DNA from: Torpedo marmorata
Taxonomy: Eukaryota
Length of the DNA stretch: 64,000 bases
Reading direction: 5' to 3'
Assembly (NCBI GenBank): GCA_977017645.1
Contig: OZ360247.1
Location: forward strand, 23,684,001-23,748,000
The notes under the pieces are model-generated. The model searched no databases and was not told where the DNA came from. It saw only the letters and a list, made by a program, of their open reading frames with translations. A program made the position numbers and the translations under genes. Shown here piece after piece: positions 63,261 through 64,000 of this stretch; position 1 is the first letter of the stretch, and each line of letters opens with the position of its first letter.

Positions 63261-64000
63261 GTCTTGTGAGTCAGCTTTCTGCAGAGCACAGTGGTTCCTC
63301 CAGTGCTCTTGCTGACATGAGCAGATTAGCTGCTGCACCTCAAGAGGACGGGAATTTACCCATCACATCTGGTGGTAACAGTGCACATATCTGTAAGGAA
63401 AGAAGGTGCAGTTTCAGGGGATTATATCATTTTCTTAAACTATGATTTCTGAGTATAGGCTGCACATATGTCAAATCCATATCTGAGGTCAGGCATTCTA
63501 CTGTGTGTGCTGACCTATTCAATTACTCTTCTGGTTAACCAAGCACCTTCTTAAGAACAGTCATTTTGTCCATGACATCTCTGTGGTGATGTAGTAAATG
63601 TAATAAATGAAATTCTTGTAAATTGATGAACAATGAATTTAATTGTAGTACTTATACCTTATCCTTTTGACTACTCTAATTCCTTTGTGGCAATCATCTT
63701 TCATCAAAGTAACAAGTCAAATTCAGTATGAGAAATTGGTTAAATGAGGAGATTTTAAAATGTTGCAAAAATTATATAATTGTTCAAAGTTTCCTGTAGC
63801 GTACTGATTTACTGATCTCATTTCCTGATGCTGTAATTTTTATTCCTGCTTTTCTGTCATATACTTTTGTAAACTGTGAAATATTTTGTTGAATTATTCT
63901 ATTTCATTTGGCACAATATAATTGCAAGTTCCAGGCACTGAAGCAAGACCTAAAGCCTGTTATCCAGTATTTTATAAAATCCACATTTTATTCAAAGAAA

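Noticed and set aside
1-64000. CRISPR arrays, operons, rRNA or prokaryotic defence systems
   Set aside because: None seen; the window is vertebrate intronic/intergenic DNA and its repeats are dispersed TEs, not repeat-spacer arrays.

Overview
Repeat-rich eukaryotic DNA, most likely from a cartilaginous fish (inferred from V-SINE/HE1-type SINEs, CR1 LINEs, Rex1/Babar-type LINE fragments and Penelope-derived repeats). The only host gene I can support is the 5' part of a DRAK/STK17A-like Ser/Thr kinase on the minus strand: coding exon 1 at 53926-54023 inside a CpG island, a 29,074-bp intron, and exon 2 at 24639-24851. I could not find exon 3, which probably lies left of base 1. Almost all other ORFs in the track are transposon remnants or chance ORFs. 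The most notable structures are: (i) a dispersed Penelope-derived repeat carrying a minimal hammerhead-ribozyme motif, about 10 copies, several as inverted pairs; (ii) a ~1-kb inverted duplication whose inner part is far more identical than its outer part; (iii) two copies of a GC-rich non-autonomous element bracketed by outward-facing copies of its own LINE-like 3' tail; (iv) a hAT MITE mobilised both as a monomer and as a composite dimer; (v) a LINE fragment flanked by a ~170-bp direct duplication; (vi) a 103-codon Cys-rich uORF whose stop overlaps the kinase ATGATG. All alignments and mismatch counts were done by eye, and repeat boundaries are approximate unless a TSD is quoted.
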